Shown piece by piece: positions 6,572-16,623 of a DNA stretch of 64,000 bases (position 1 is its first letter; the number at the start of each line of letters is the position of its first letter). The notes under the pieces were generated by a model. That model saw only the letters and a program-made list of their open reading frames with translations. It ran no database searches and was not told the DNA's origin. This DNA comes from an archaeon (lineage in GTDB: Archaea > Iainarchaeota > Iainarchaeia > Iainarchaeales > JAAZKV01): NCBI GenBank assembly GCA_041659525.1, contig JBAZYC010000001.1, forward strand, positions 525,731 to 589,730, read 5' to 3'. Position numbers and translations under genes: made by a program.

Positions 6572-7927
6572 TTATTCAAATTCTTCTTTTCCTTCTAAGT
6601 ATTTTGTTAAGTGTTTTGCAAAATTTCCTTTGTAGTGGGCAAGTATTTCTTTTTCAGTTAAAACTTTTGCATTTCTGAGGCATATTTTCATTCCATCAGT
6701 TTCAGTTGTTTTGCAAGCGTTAACATATTCTTGCAAGATTTTTTTTGCACTTGTTTCTGTTCGTTCAATTTCTATTGTAATTCTTCCATTTTCTTCTTTT
6801 GGTCCTGAAACTAATTTTCTTTTCTTTTCAATAAATAGTTTAACATTCTCAACATCAGTTATTGGCGGTCCGATTAATTTTTTTATTTTAGGGAGATTTA
6901 GCGTGTTTAATTCGTAGAGGAAAAATACTTTGTTTTCATCGCTCCAAAGATTAGTTTTTTTTACCATAAAATCTTCTTCCTCAATTTGTTTTGTTGCTTT
7001 TCGTAAGTATCTGCGTAGTTGTCCCCAGACAAGATCTGATAATATTTGTTTTGGAAAATCTGCTTGGATTGCTAAAAATTCACGTTTTTTTAATTCAGTA
7101 ACAATTTTGGTTTTTGGCCAAATATCAATTTCTGTTCCAAAGAAGAATTTTTCACTTGGTTTTTTTAGGAATTGTTTTGCGGCAAGTTTCATTTTGTTAT
7201 ATTGTTCAACTGAGAGAGCGCTTGCAACATTTCGGTTTTCATCCACTGGGTCAATTATAACTAAAGGGGTTGAAAATTCGTTATTTGGGTCCCGAGTTAT
7301 TTTCTCAAAAACTATTATTTCTTTTTCTCCCCATTTGCTAATTGCTTTTATTGCTTTATCAAATGAACCATAATTTACTATTAAGAGTTCCACTCCATAA
7401 CCAGGTAGTGCTTGGTTTTTCAAATCTGCTCCATAAGCATTTATTCCTTTTAAGAATTGTTTTAGTAATCTAGCTTCTTGTTTTTGAGTTGCATTTAATT
7501 TTTTAAGTAAATATTTATTATGAAAAGGGGTTCTATCTACCGCACTTTGTTTTTCAGCTCCACTTGCAACAATATAAGATGGGACAATTTCTACTTCAAA
7601 TCCTTTTATCTCTCCTCTAATATAGGGGTGCTGAGAATACGCTTTTTCCCAAGGATTTCCTCGAAAAATCGATTTTGCAAGTCTTAATCCTTCTTCTTCT
7701 AATTCTTCGCTTGAAAGTTTTTTATCAAACATTATAAACAAATCAAGGTCTCTATCTCCCTTCAAGTGGGTTCCTCTTGCTGAGCTTCCGCACCACTCTA
7801 AGTGAGAGTGTTTCCCCTCAAGTTTTGAGAGTTTTAGTTTTATTTCATTAACAAGTGCTTTTTCAGCGTTTTCTTCTTGTTTTGAGGGGGTTATTTTTTT
7901 TAATACTTTTTTGTATAAAGAATTCAT
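6572..7927 (-). CDS. cca: CCA-adding tRNA nucleotidyltransferase, archaeal class I
   Basis: It has the GSSARGTHLKGDRDLDLFIMF nucleotidyltransferase motif. At 451 aa its length and layout are typical of archaeal Cca. Confidence 0.8.
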   Translation of the reverse strand: MNSLYKKVLKKITPSKQEENAEKALVNEIKLKLSKLEGKHSHLEWCGSSARGTHLKGDRDLDLFIMFDKKLSSEELEEEGLRLAKSIFRGNPWEKAYSQHPYIRGEIKGFEVEIVPSYIVASGAEKQSAVDRTPFHNKYLLKKLNATQKQEARLLKQFLKGINAYGADLKNQALPGYGVELLIVNYGSFDKAIKAISKWGEKEIIVFEKITRDPNNEFSTPLVIIDPVDENRNVASALSVEQYNKMKLAAKQFLKKPSEKFFFGTEIDIWPKTKIVTELKKREFLAIQADFPKQILSDLVWGQLRRYLRKATKQIEEEDFMVKKTNLWSDENKVFFLYELNTLNLPKIKKLIGPPITDVENVKLFIEKKRKLVSGPKEENGRITIEIERTETSAKKILQEYVNACKTTETDGMKICLRNAKVLTEKEILAHYKGNFAKHLTKYLEGKEEFE

Positions 7928-8014
7928 TTAACCACATTATTTGCTTTTCTTTTAACTTGTTGCTTAAGTTATTATACTACTTTTCTTTATATATTTGCGT
8001 TTACAAGTGGTTTG

Positions 8015-9544
8015 ATGCAGTTCACTGAAATGAAGCTAAAGAATATAGAATCTACTCCTTTGGCTGACATTTTCCAAGGGCTTTCCAATAATTTTTATGA
8101 TGTAAAACCTCTTCCTCTTTCTACAAAGGAAAAAGCTTTTGCAGATTTTTTAGTTAAAGAAATTCACAAAGGTGGAATTTTAAGAAAAGAATTTGATGGG
8201 GTGGGTGACAATTTTAATGATGAGTTTGTAGACAATGTTGTTTCAATTGTTCAGCTTAATGAATTAAATGAAAAATTACCTACAAGACAACTTTTTGCAA
8301 CTTTGCTTGAAGCTATGGAAGCATTAGTTTCAAAAGTAAAATTTGTTTCTAACAAAACTCTTTTTTCAGCTTATGTATTGCATAACGCAGTTGGGCTTAA
8401 GCAATTGGCTTTTTTTTCACTTGATGATGAGTTAGAAGAATTAATGATTAATGGTCCTGAAAGTATTTTTGTTTTTCACAAAAAGTATGGGATGTGCAAA
8501 ACTAATGTTGTAATTAAAGAAAAAGAGTTATCCGATGTTATTCAAAGAATTGCTATTACGATTAACAGAGTTTTTGATTCAAAGAATGCTCTTCTTGATG
8601 CTCGTCTTCCTGATGGGAGTAGAGTTAATGCCACTCTTGGAGATGTTTCTCCAACTGGAGCAACTTTAACTATAAGAAAATTTTCTGTAGTCCCACTAAC
8701 TATTCTTGATTTAATCCAGAGTAACACAATTACTTCTGAAGCAGCTGCTTTTTTGTGGTTAATGGTGGATGGACTTGGGGTAGATCCACAAAACATTCTT
8801 GTTGCGGGCGGAACTGCTAGTGGAAAAACAACTCTGCTAAATATTTTATCAAATTTTATTAAATTAAATGAGAGAGTGGTTTCAATTGAGGATACTATTG
8901 AGCTTTCTCTTCTTGGTAGAGAGAATTGGGTTGCGCTTGAAGGAAGAACTTCAGTTGGTTCTGAAGTTACAATGGATTCTTTGTTAAAAAATTCTATGAG
9001 GATGAGACCCGATAGAATAATTGTAGGAGAAGTTAGAGGGAGCGAAGCACTTACTTTGTTCACTGCAATGGATACAGGGCACCAAGGGTGTTTGGGGACA
9101 ATTCACGCAAATAATTCTCGTGAAACTTTAGTTAAACTTCAAGAGCGTCCGCTTAGTGTTCCTCAATCAATGCTTCCTTTGCTTGATTTTATTGTAATAA
9201 TGCAAAGAAGATATTCCAAAGACAAAGGGATGCAAAGAAGAATTATTCAAATAGTGGAATTGTCAAGAATGGATGACAAAGTATTATCAGGGGTTTTGTT
9301 TGAATACGATGATAAAAGTGATACATTAAGAAGAACTGAGATTCAAAGTAGAGTTATTGAAGAAATGGCAGAAAAAAGTTCTCTTGTAAAAAACGATTTG
9401 AAAAAGGAGTTAGAAGTAAGAAAGCACATTTTGGATTGGATGTTAAAAGAAAATATAAGAAAGCCACTTGAAGTTTTAGAAGTAATTGAAAGTTATTATT
9501 ATAATCCAGAAAAAGTATTATCTACAATTTCAGGATTACTATAA
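8015..9544 (+). CDS. Type IV pilus/archaellum-family secretion ATPase (FlaI/PilB/VirB11 superfamily), intact
   Basis: Walker A is GGTASGKTTLLN and the Walker B region is PDRIIVGEVRGSEA. LDARLPDGSRVNAT and GHQGCLGTIHAN boxes are present. ATG 8015 follows an in-frame TTG at 8012. Confidence 0.85.
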   Translation: MQFTEMKLKNIESTPLADIFQGLSNNFYDVKPLPLSTKEKAFADFLVKEIHKGGILRKEFDGVGDNFNDEFVDNVVSIVQLNELNEKLPTRQLFATLLEAMEALVSKVKFVSNKTLFSAYVLHNAVGLKQLAFFSLDDELEELMINGPESIFVFHKKYGMCKTNVVIKEKELSDVIQRIAITINRVFDSKNALLDARLPDGSRVNATLGDVSPTGATLTIRKFSVVPLTILDLIQSNTITSEAAAFLWLMVDGLGVDPQNILVAGGTASGKTTLLNILSNFIKLNERVVSIEDTIELSLLGRENWVALEGRTSVGSEVTMDSLLKNSMRMRPDRIIVGEVRGSEALTLFTAMDTGHQGCLGTIHANNSRETLVKLQERPLSVPQSMLPLLDFIVIMQRRYSKDKGMQRRIIQIVELSRMDDKVLSGVLFEYDDKSDTLRRTEIQSRVIEEMAEKSSLVKNDLKKELEVRKHILDWMLKENIRKPLEVLEVIESYYYNPEKVLSTISGLL

Positions 9545-9603
9545 TTAAATTAGTTTTAATATAAATCTAATTTTTTGAATTAAGTTCGTTAATCTAATTG
9601 CTT

Positions 9604-10278
9604 TTACTTAAGGTCTTTTTTTGCTTGTTCTGTAAGTTTTGTTATTAGTTCTTGGTTTTTCTTAAATTTTTCATTTCCTTTTTTAACTAAATATTTCAAA
9701 TAATCTTCACTCACGCACATATCCTCTTCTTTTATTGGGGCATTAATGTTTTGTGTTCCAAGTATTTCTACAATAAATTTTCCATCTTTAGCAACTTTTA
9801 TTCCAGCTCGTTTAATTCCAACTTTTTCACAAAGAATAAGTAAATTTTTAGCATTCTCCAAATTATTTGCTCCTATGTGGAGAATAATTGCTTCTTGTTT
9901 GAACCAAAGAATTTTTCCAGTAAAATCTTTAACCGCTTCAAGAACTTCTTTTTCTTTAACAGTTCTGTGCCATTTTCTATAAAACGCACTCTCTTGTTTT
10001 GTTTCATCTTCCCCTAGTCCAATTAAAGCAATTCTTCCTGCGCAAGAACTTGAAGTAAAATAGTTTTTTGTTTTTGCTACAAAATCACAAAGAGGGATAA
10101 AATCTTCATCCATTCTGCCCATTTGTTTTGCTTCTTCGTAAGTTTTTTTGTGGTGTTGTTTTGTCATAAGGAACCTTGATTGTTCTTCAAGTAGTCTTTT
10201 CTTTTCAGTAGCCTCTTTATTAGAGTCACAAGGAGCCCCTCTTTTGTGAGCCTCTTTCTTTAGTGGTTTTTTTTGCAT
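9604..10278 (-). CDS. taw3: tRNA wybutosine-synthesizing protein 3 homologue (Taw3/TYW3 family methyltransferase)
   Basis: FTSSSCAGRIALIG...WFKQEAIILHI matches the TYW3 SSCSGRI signature as I remember it. There is a basic N-terminal extension of about 40 aa. Confidence 0.6.
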   Translation of the reverse strand: MQKKPLKKEAHKRGAPCDSNKEATEKKRLLEEQSRFLMTKQHHKKTYEEAKQMGRMDEDFIPLCDFVAKTKNYFTSSSCAGRIALIGLGEDETKQESAFYRKWHRTVKEKEVLEAVKDFTGKILWFKQEAIILHIGANNLENAKNLLILCEKVGIKRAGIKVAKDGKFIVEILGTQNINAPIKEEDMCVSEDYLKYLVKKGNEKFKKNQELITKLTEQAKKDLK

Positions 10279-10326
10279 AAGAATAACCTTTTTATTCTAT
10301 TCTCTTAGTAATTAGTTTGATTTAGT

Positions 10327-11121
10327 ATGTTTAAAAAAGCATTGATTTTGGTATTATTTTTATTACTTGCAACTACCGTTTTCTCAGTTAGACTAATTGA
10401 CCCTATTTCAAAGGAACTTTCAACAACAGAGAGTAATTATGTTGGTAATGTTACTAAGAGTAACACTATTGAACTAATTTTTTCAAAAGAACTTGTGGAC
10501 AAATATGAGGGCCTTGATGTAGTTACCCCTCTTCCTGTTGGCTTTGATTATGAAGTAAAAAATGAAATTGAAGCAGTAAAACTTTTCATTAGTATTCCAA
10601 AAAATGCTCCAGTTGGGGATTATCCTTTAACTATTCAACTTTCTGGAAATAATAGAAATGATAAGGTTCCTTTGTATTTTAGTGTAGTAACAAACGTTTT
10701 AGCAATTTCTCCATCTAATATTTCGGAAATTAGTGCTAATGTTTCTTCTCCGGCAAAATATGATTTCTTTTTTGTAAATAATAGTGATTCGCAAGCAGTT
10801 TTTACTTTAACTAATAATCTTCCAAATAATTGGAACAATGAGAGTGCTTTAGATAATTCTCCTTCCGTTGACAAAGTAGTTGTTGAAAAGAGAAGTAAAA
10901 TTAATTATTCAGTAACAGTTTATCCTAGACTTCAAGGAAAAAGATCAGTTAGTGTTAATGTTGCCTATGAAGATTCTTCAAATGACTTCTCATTTAATTT
11001 AATCGGGAAACCAACTCTAAAGAGTAAACTTGAATCAGTAATTTACGGATTGCCTTTCTATTCGTTCTCTTTACTTCCAAGTTATTTTGTTAATGGTTTG
11101 TTTTCTTTTTACGTTAACTAA
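10327..11121 (+). CDS. Secreted or cell-surface protein, unknown function
   Basis: It has an N-terminal signal/TM (KKALILVLFLLLATTVFS), an N/S-rich body with many N-x-S/T sequons, and a C-terminal hydrophobic segment. Confidence 0.45.
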   Translation: MFKKALILVLFLLLATTVFSVRLIDPISKELSTTESNYVGNVTKSNTIELIFSKELVDKYEGLDVVTPLPVGFDYEVKNEIEAVKLFISIPKNAPVGDYPLTIQLSGNNRNDKVPLYFSVVTNVLAISPSNISEISANVSSPAKYDFFFVNNSDSQAVFTLTNNLPNNWNNESALDNSPSVDKVVVEKRSKINYSVTVYPRLQGKRSVSVNVAYEDSSNDFSFNLIGKPTLKSKLESVIYGLPFYSFSLLPSYFVNGLFSFYVN

Positions 11122-11164
11122 TCATTCTTTTTTTATTAACTAAATATTACCTTAAGGGTTATTT

Positions 11165-12751
11165 ATGAGAAAAGATTTTTCAAAAGCTGAGCATTTATTT
11201 GCAAAAAAAATTCTTAATGAAATTTCTAGTGGGGTAATTAACACTGAAAAGGAACTTGAGGAAAGAAGATTTTTTTGGAGTAAAACCCTAAAGTTAACAG
11301 AGATGCCCAATTTTACTTTTACTATTTCTAATTGTAAAAAACCCACTAAAAAAATGAAGCAATTGCTTTCAATTAAACCAACAAGGAGTCTTTCAGGGGT
11401 TCAAGTTATTGCAGTAATGCTTCCCCCTTTTCCTTGCCCTGGCAAGTGTATTTATTGTCCTTCCTCTCTTGAAGATAAAGCTTCTCCAAAATCATATACT
11501 GGTTTTGAACCTAGCGCTCTTAGGGCTCAAAGATTAGATTATGATCCTTTCAAAATTGTTTCAAACAGAATAAAACAATTAGATGCTACAGGAAACAGTG
11601 CGCAGAAAATTGAGTTAATTTTTCAAGGAAGTTCTTTTACTACTCTTCCAAAATTAAAGCAGGAACAAATAGTAAAAAAGAGTCTTGATGCAATAATTGA
11701 AAAGAAAACAAAAAACCTTAAAGAAGCAAAACTTTTAGCCGAAAAATCAAAGCGAAGAGTGGTTGGAATTACTTTTGAAACAAGGCCTGATATTTGTGGA
11801 GAAAAAGAAATTAAAGAAATGCTTAATTTAGGCGGAACTCGACTTGAACTAGGGGTTCAAAATCCTGATGATGAAATTTATCGTGCAGTAAATAGAGGGC
11901 ATACTGTGCAAGATGTAATAACTTCTACTCAAAAATTAAAAGATTCTTCATTCAAAGTTCTTTATCACTTAATGCCAGGACTTCCAGGGAGTAATTATAA
12001 AAAAGATTTAAAGAATTTTAAAAGTATTTTTACAAATCCTGATTTCAAACCAGATATGGTAAAATTTTATCCCTGTCTTGTAATTAAAGGAACTAAACTT
12101 TATGATGAATGGGTTAAAGGAAATTTTGATCCACTTGAAGAAGAAAGTGCTGCAAAACTTTTAGCAGAAATTAAATCCGAAGTTCCTAAGTGGGTTAGAA
12201 TAATGAGAGTTAATAGAGATATTCCTAGTACAGTAATTTCCGCAGGGGTAAAAAAGACTAATTTGCGTCAATTAGTAGAAAAAGAGTTGCATGATAGCGG
12301 TCGAAAGTGTAATTGTATTAGGTGTAGAGAAGCTGGTTTAATGTCAAGAGAGAGTGAAGTAGATGTTTCTAAAGCAAAATTAGAAACCACTTTTTATGAA
12401 GCAAGTAAAGGGGAAGAAGCTTTCATTTCTTTTGAATCAAAAGACGCTTTATTTGGTTTTGTTAGATTAAGAAAGCCTGCTGAACCATTTTTGAAAGAGA
12501 TTTCAAAAAGCACTGCGTTAATTAGAGAGCTTCATGTTTATGGTAAATCAATTCCTGTTGGAGAAAAAAACAAAGGCAGTTCTCAGCATAAAGGAATTGG
12601 AAAAGAATTAATGCTTGAGGCCCAAAGAGTAGCTAAGGAAAGATTTGGAGCAAACAAAATGGTAGTTATCTCTGGTTTGGGTGTTAAAGAGTATTATAGA
12701 AAAAACTTTAATTATAAAAAAGAAGGGGCTTTTGTTTCTAAAAAGATTTAA
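11165..12751 (+). CDS. elp3: Elp3-family tRNA uridine(34) modification enzyme (radical SAM + GNAT)
   Basis: The radical-SAM cluster motif CPGKCIYCP is present. At 528 aa, with a C-terminal acetyltransferase-like region (QHKGIGKELM), it has the typical archaeal Elp3 layout. Confidence 0.8.
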   Translation: MRKDFSKAEHLFAKKILNEISSGVINTEKELEERRFFWSKTLKLTEMPNFTFTISNCKKPTKKMKQLLSIKPTRSLSGVQVIAVMLPPFPCPGKCIYCPSSLEDKASPKSYTGFEPSALRAQRLDYDPFKIVSNRIKQLDATGNSAQKIELIFQGSSFTTLPKLKQEQIVKKSLDAIIEKKTKNLKEAKLLAEKSKRRVVGITFETRPDICGEKEIKEMLNLGGTRLELGVQNPDDEIYRAVNRGHTVQDVITSTQKLKDSSFKVLYHLMPGLPGSNYKKDLKNFKSIFTNPDFKPDMVKFYPCLVIKGTKLYDEWVKGNFDPLEEESAAKLLAEIKSEVPKWVRIMRVNRDIPSTVISAGVKKTNLRQLVEKELHDSGRKCNCIRCREAGLMSRESEVDVSKAKLETTFYEASKGEEAFISFESKDALFGFVRLRKPAEPFLKEISKSTALIRELHVYGKSIPVGEKNKGSSQHKGIGKELMLEAQRVAKERFGANKMVVISGLGVKEYYRKNFNYKKEGAFVSKKI

Positions 12752-12784
12752 ATCCTAGAAAAACACCTAACTTGTTGTGGTTTT

Positions 12785-13144
12785 GTGTTTGAACTAATTT
12801 TAGCTATGGCAGTAGTTATTCTAATAATTATTTTAATTTTTTTAATAAAATCTTTTATTGATCTTCAAAGTAAATATAAGGAATTACTGTTTTCAAAGCA
12901 ATCTCAAAGTGTAAAGTATGGTCAACTAACTGAGCAATGGATTCCTTTTAGTAAGAATTTTCCTTTTGATTCACAGAATTTTCGTTTCATTGGTAAACCA
13001 ATTGATGGGGTTAGTTTTGAGGATGATAAAATTGTTTTTGTTGAATTCAAAACAAACAAATCTCAATTAAACGAAAATCAAAAAAGAGTAAAAGAATTAG
13101 TTAAAGATAAAAAGATTGAGTGGTTTGAATTGAGAGTGGAATAA
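12785..13144 (+). CDS. Membrane-anchored endonuclease related to archaeal Holliday junction resolvase (COG4741-like)
   Basis: It has an N-terminal TM helix followed by FRFIGKPIDGVSFEDDKIVFVEFKTNKSQLNENQKRV, a PD-(D/E)xK-like D...E.K core. The start is GTG at 12785; the alternative is ATG 12806. Confidence 0.5.
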   Translation: MFELILAMAVVILIIILIFLIKSFIDLQSKYKELLFSKQSQSVKYGQLTEQWIPFSKNFPFDSQNFRFIGKPIDGVSFEDDKIVFVEFKTNKSQLNENQKRVKELVKDKKIEWFELRVE

Positions 13145-13189
13145 TTTAATAAATTTGGGTAAATTAATGAATAGTTCAAGTTGTTTTGT

Positions 13190-14224
13190 CTACTCCAACT
13201 TGTATCTTAGTGTGGTAACTATTCCTCCAAATCCCATTATTTGTTTTTCTTGTGGGTTTCTCGAAGAAATTATTTCAGTTTCTGTTCCATTCTTTTCAGC
13301 AAGATCTAATAGTTCCTCAGCTTCGTTTCTATTTTGCATTAAGTAGGTTTCTGCTAGAATTACTTTTTCGCAAGCACCTAGTGAAATTGCTTCTTTTACT
13401 TTTTCTTTTCCATACTCTGCTTTTCCTTTAGCAATTTTTGCTAAAAAATCTTCAATTGTTTTTGATTCTTTTGAGAGTTGGAGTTCTCGTTCTACTTTTT
13501 CTAATTTTCCTTGCGAAGTGAGTTCATTAAAACCAGTTTCTCCAACAGAATTAGTAACTTCCGTTAAAACAGTTGGAAGTCCTTTGATTTTCTTATCATT
13601 TATATATTTAGCAAAATTTTCTTTTGTAAATCCTGGGCCAGCAAGTAATATTTTCTTTGGCTCAAGTGAAACAATTTTTTCAAGTATTTCTTCAAAGTAA
13701 GTGCTTTTTTCAGTAGCAAATCTTTTTCCTTTGCTTTTTTCTTTTATGTTTGCTTTTCTTACTATTGAAAACTGATTAACAAAAGCAAGTTCTGCTTCTT
13801 CATCATCAAGAAGAACAATTAATAGTTTTGAAGCAGCGCTTGCACTCTCTGCTTTTTTTATTCTATCAATTTGCCACCCTCTTAATTCTTTTTTTTGAAT
13901 TTTGAGTTTTTCTCCAAGTCCAATTTCAATGGTTTGGTGGCTTTTTAGTTCAATAAATTCTTCAGGTTTTCCACCTAAAATAATTCCGTTTATTCTTAAG
14001 TTTTCCCCATACTCTTGGAAGTGCGCTTCTTCTACTTGTAGTTCTACAAAAATTTTTATTCGCTCAGCTTTTTCTCCTTCTTTTTTTGGTTTTATTTTTC
14101 TGTCAGTTGAACCAAATACAATATCTTCTTTGTCGAGTATTTTCTCTAGGTGCCAGAGATCATCAAGGCTTTCTGGAATACAGCTTATTTCCTTCAGTTT
14201 TTTGTCTATTTTTAGCACTTTCAT
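13190..14224 (-). CDS. pelA: Pelota/Dom34 mRNA surveillance protein
   Basis: MKVLKIDKKLKEISCIPESLDDLWHLEKIL is the canonical Pelota N-terminus. The protein is 344 aa with an eRF1-like domain layout. Confidence 0.85.
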   Translation of the reverse strand: MKVLKIDKKLKEISCIPESLDDLWHLEKILDKEDIVFGSTDRKIKPKKEGEKAERIKIFVELQVEEAHFQEYGENLRINGIILGGKPEEFIELKSHQTIEIGLGEKLKIQKKELRGWQIDRIKKAESASAASKLLIVLLDDEEAELAFVNQFSIVRKANIKEKSKGKRFATEKSTYFEEILEKIVSLEPKKILLAGPGFTKENFAKYINDKKIKGLPTVLTEVTNSVGETGFNELTSQGKLEKVERELQLSKESKTIEDFLAKIAKGKAEYGKEKVKEAISLGACEKVILAETYLMQNRNEAEELLDLAEKNGTETEIISSRNPQEKQIMGFGGIVTTLRYKLE

Positions 14225-14262
14225 AAAGTCTTTTTGTCAAGAAATAGTTTTAAATTCACTTT

Positions 14263-14721
14263 ATGCTTGTATTAAATTGCATGAGTCAAATTACGCGCAA
14301 AAAAGGCAAAGTAAAGGCCCCTAAATCTAATAAGCGCGTGGTTATTTCTGAAGCAATTGTTAAGGATTCTAAAGGCAAAGTTCTTCTTCTTAAGAGGAGT
14401 AGAGCAAATTCTATTTATATTGGTAAATGGCAATTTCCTGGTGGAAAGGCTGAGGTAGGAGAAAATGCAAGGCAAGCCATAACTAGGGAGATTTTTGAAG
14501 AAACTGGGTGTAAGTGTTTCTCTTTAAAGTTATTAAAGAAAGTAATTTTTTCAGAAATATTTAGGGGAAGAAGAACCACTGTAGAACTAAATACTTTTTC
14601 TTGTAAATTAAAAGGAAAAATTGTTCTAAGCAAGGATCACTCAAAGTACAAATTTGTCAAAGCCTCAAAATCTATTGAAAAAATTCTTGCCCCTATTTCA
14701 AAAAAAGCTTTATTTGAGTAA
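14263..14721 (+). CDS. NUDIX hydrolase
   Basis: The NUDIX box is GKWQFPGGKAEVGENARQAITREIFEETGC. Confidence 0.8.
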   Translation: MLVLNCMSQITRKKGKVKAPKSNKRVVISEAIVKDSKGKVLLLKRSRANSIYIGKWQFPGGKAEVGENARQAITREIFEETGCKCFSLKLLKKVIFSEIFRGRRTTVELNTFSCKLKGKIVLSKDHSKYKFVKASKSIEKILAPISKKALFE

Positions 14722-14789
14722 TTAATTATTTTATCTTGATATTACTTAATTTAATTTTAAATTGTTTAAGTAAATTGAACTAATTAGTT

Positions 14790-16541
14790 TTAGCAATAAT
14801 ATTTTCCTTCTTTTTTTTGTTCTCTATCAAGAACTGAATCACTTTTGTTTATTCTTGGTCTTTTTGAGTCTTTATCCTGTCTAACTGTAATTTCTAAGTA
14901 TTGTAAGAGTTTGTTTAATCCTACATCGACATTAAATGGTCCTTCTGCTTTTCCTTTTATTGCAGGCTCTCCACTAAACACCATTATTTTGTCACTAAGG
15001 TAATCTACAAAAGTCAAATCGTGGTCGATTACTAGTGCTGAGCAATCAGTAATATCAATATGATTCTTTATTGCTTTTCCGACTGCAAGTCTTTGTTCTA
15101 CATCAAGGTGTGCACTTGGTTCATCAAGCAAGTAAAGATCCGCTTTTTTACTTAAAGCAAGTGCGATTGATACTCTTTGAAGTTCTCCACCTGAAAGATT
15201 CTTTGCTTTCTTTTCAAGTAATTCTTCTAACTCAAGTGGGCGTAAAATACTTTGTCTAATTTCAGGAATAACAGTCGGGTCAAGTAGTTCGCTAACTGTT
15301 TTTTCCCCAGTGTAAGTTATTTGTTGGGGTTTGTAAGAAATTTTTACATAAGAATCTAACTTAGTGTTATCAGGAGTTATTTCTCCTGCAAGTATTTTCA
15401 TGAAAGTAGTTTTTCCAATTCCATTTGGCCCAACTATTCCAATTATTTCATTTTTCTTTACTTGGTTTTGTTCAACATTTAATTCAAAAGTTCCAAGTTT
15501 TTTAGTCATTTGTGGCCATTCTATTATTTTTTCTTTTCTATCTTTTTTTTCTTTTCGTTGGTGTGAAAAGAAATCAATTGGATAATCTCTAAATCTGTAA
15601 TTTTCATCTTTAGAGTAACCATCAAGGTAAATGTTTATTCCTTCTCTGTTTGTTTTTAATTGAGAAACAAATCCATATACTCTTGGTTTTCCATACATTA
15701 GGTTTACATAATCAGAAAGGTAATCAAGTAAAATAAGGTCATGTTCTACCATCATTACAGCAGCTTCTTTTGTTAAGCTTCTAATAAATTTTGCTGCCCT
15801 TAGTCTCTCCTTTATATCCAAAAAAGAACTTGGTTCATCAAAGAAATAAAGATCTGCTTTTTTTAATCCAGTTGCCGCGATTGCAACTTTTTGAAATTCT
15901 CCTCCAGAAAGCTCACTTGCTTTTCTGTCAAGTATGTTCTCTATGTTCATTTCTTTTACAACACTTTCAAGTAAACCTCTGCTATCCACTTTTTTTAATA
16001 AGTCTTTTACAGTCCCTTCTGCTTTTATTAGTTCAATACTTTGTGGTTTTACTGCAACATTTACTCCTTCAGAGTAGAGTTTTTTGAAAAAATCTTGTGC
16101 TTCTTTTCCCCGGTAATAATCAATTACTTTGTCTTTGCTTTGTGCTTTTTCTCCAAAATTAGGGATAATGTTTCCTGAAAGTATTTTTACAATAGTAGTT
16201 TTTCCTATTCCATTTCTTCCAACAAGTCCAATTACTGAGTTTTGCTTTGGAATGGGTAATCCATGTAATCTAAACATGTTTTTTCCAAAGGAGTGAATAG
16301 GTTCATTTAAGTTAAAAGAAAGATTAACGATGCTTATTGCTTTGAATGGGCATCTGTTTTGGCATATTTCGCAGCCAATGCAAATTTCTTCAGCAATAAC
16401 TGGTTTTTTTAGTGGTTCGTGAACTATGCATTTCTTTCCGGTTCTATTCACTGGGCAGACTTTTTCGCATAAGTAGTTTCCGCAGTTATCAAAGTTGCAT
16501 GTTTCGTAATCAATTACAGCCACTCTTTTTTTTGCATCCAT
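14790..16541 (-). CDS. abce1: ABCE1/RLI ribosome-recycling ATPase
   Basis: The N-terminus has 2x[4Fe-4S] Cys clusters (CEKVCPVN..., CIGCEICQNRCP). Two ABC cassettes follow (GRNGIGKTT / GPNGIGKTT, LSGGE signatures). Confidence 0.9.
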   Translation of the reverse strand: MDAKKRVAVIDYETCNFDNCGNYLCEKVCPVNRTGKKCIVHEPLKKPVIAEEICIGCEICQNRCPFKAISIVNLSFNLNEPIHSFGKNMFRLHGLPIPKQNSVIGLVGRNGIGKTTIVKILSGNIIPNFGEKAQSKDKVIDYYRGKEAQDFFKKLYSEGVNVAVKPQSIELIKAEGTVKDLLKKVDSRGLLESVVKEMNIENILDRKASELSGGEFQKVAIAATGLKKADLYFFDEPSSFLDIKERLRAAKFIRSLTKEAAVMMVEHDLILLDYLSDYVNLMYGKPRVYGFVSQLKTNREGINIYLDGYSKDENYRFRDYPIDFFSHQRKEKKDRKEKIIEWPQMTKKLGTFELNVEQNQVKKNEIIGIVGPNGIGKTTFMKILAGEITPDNTKLDSYVKISYKPQQITYTGEKTVSELLDPTVIPEIRQSILRPLELEELLEKKAKNLSGGELQRVSIALALSKKADLYLLDEPSAHLDVEQRLAVGKAIKNHIDITDCSALVIDHDLTFVDYLSDKIMVFSGEPAIKGKAEGPFNVDVGLNKLLQYLEITVRQDKDSKRPRINKSDSVLDREQKKEGKYYC

Positions 16542-16623
16542 AAAAAAGTACTCATTAGAAAAGAATAAAAACTTCAGTTATTCCTCTAGTTTTTGCTTAA
16601 ATCCAACTTTGTTTTGGAGGGGG

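Noticed and set aside
11152-11346. 64-aa minus-strand ORF at the elp3 start
   Set aside because: It is antisense to the Elp3 N-terminus and has no signal of its own.
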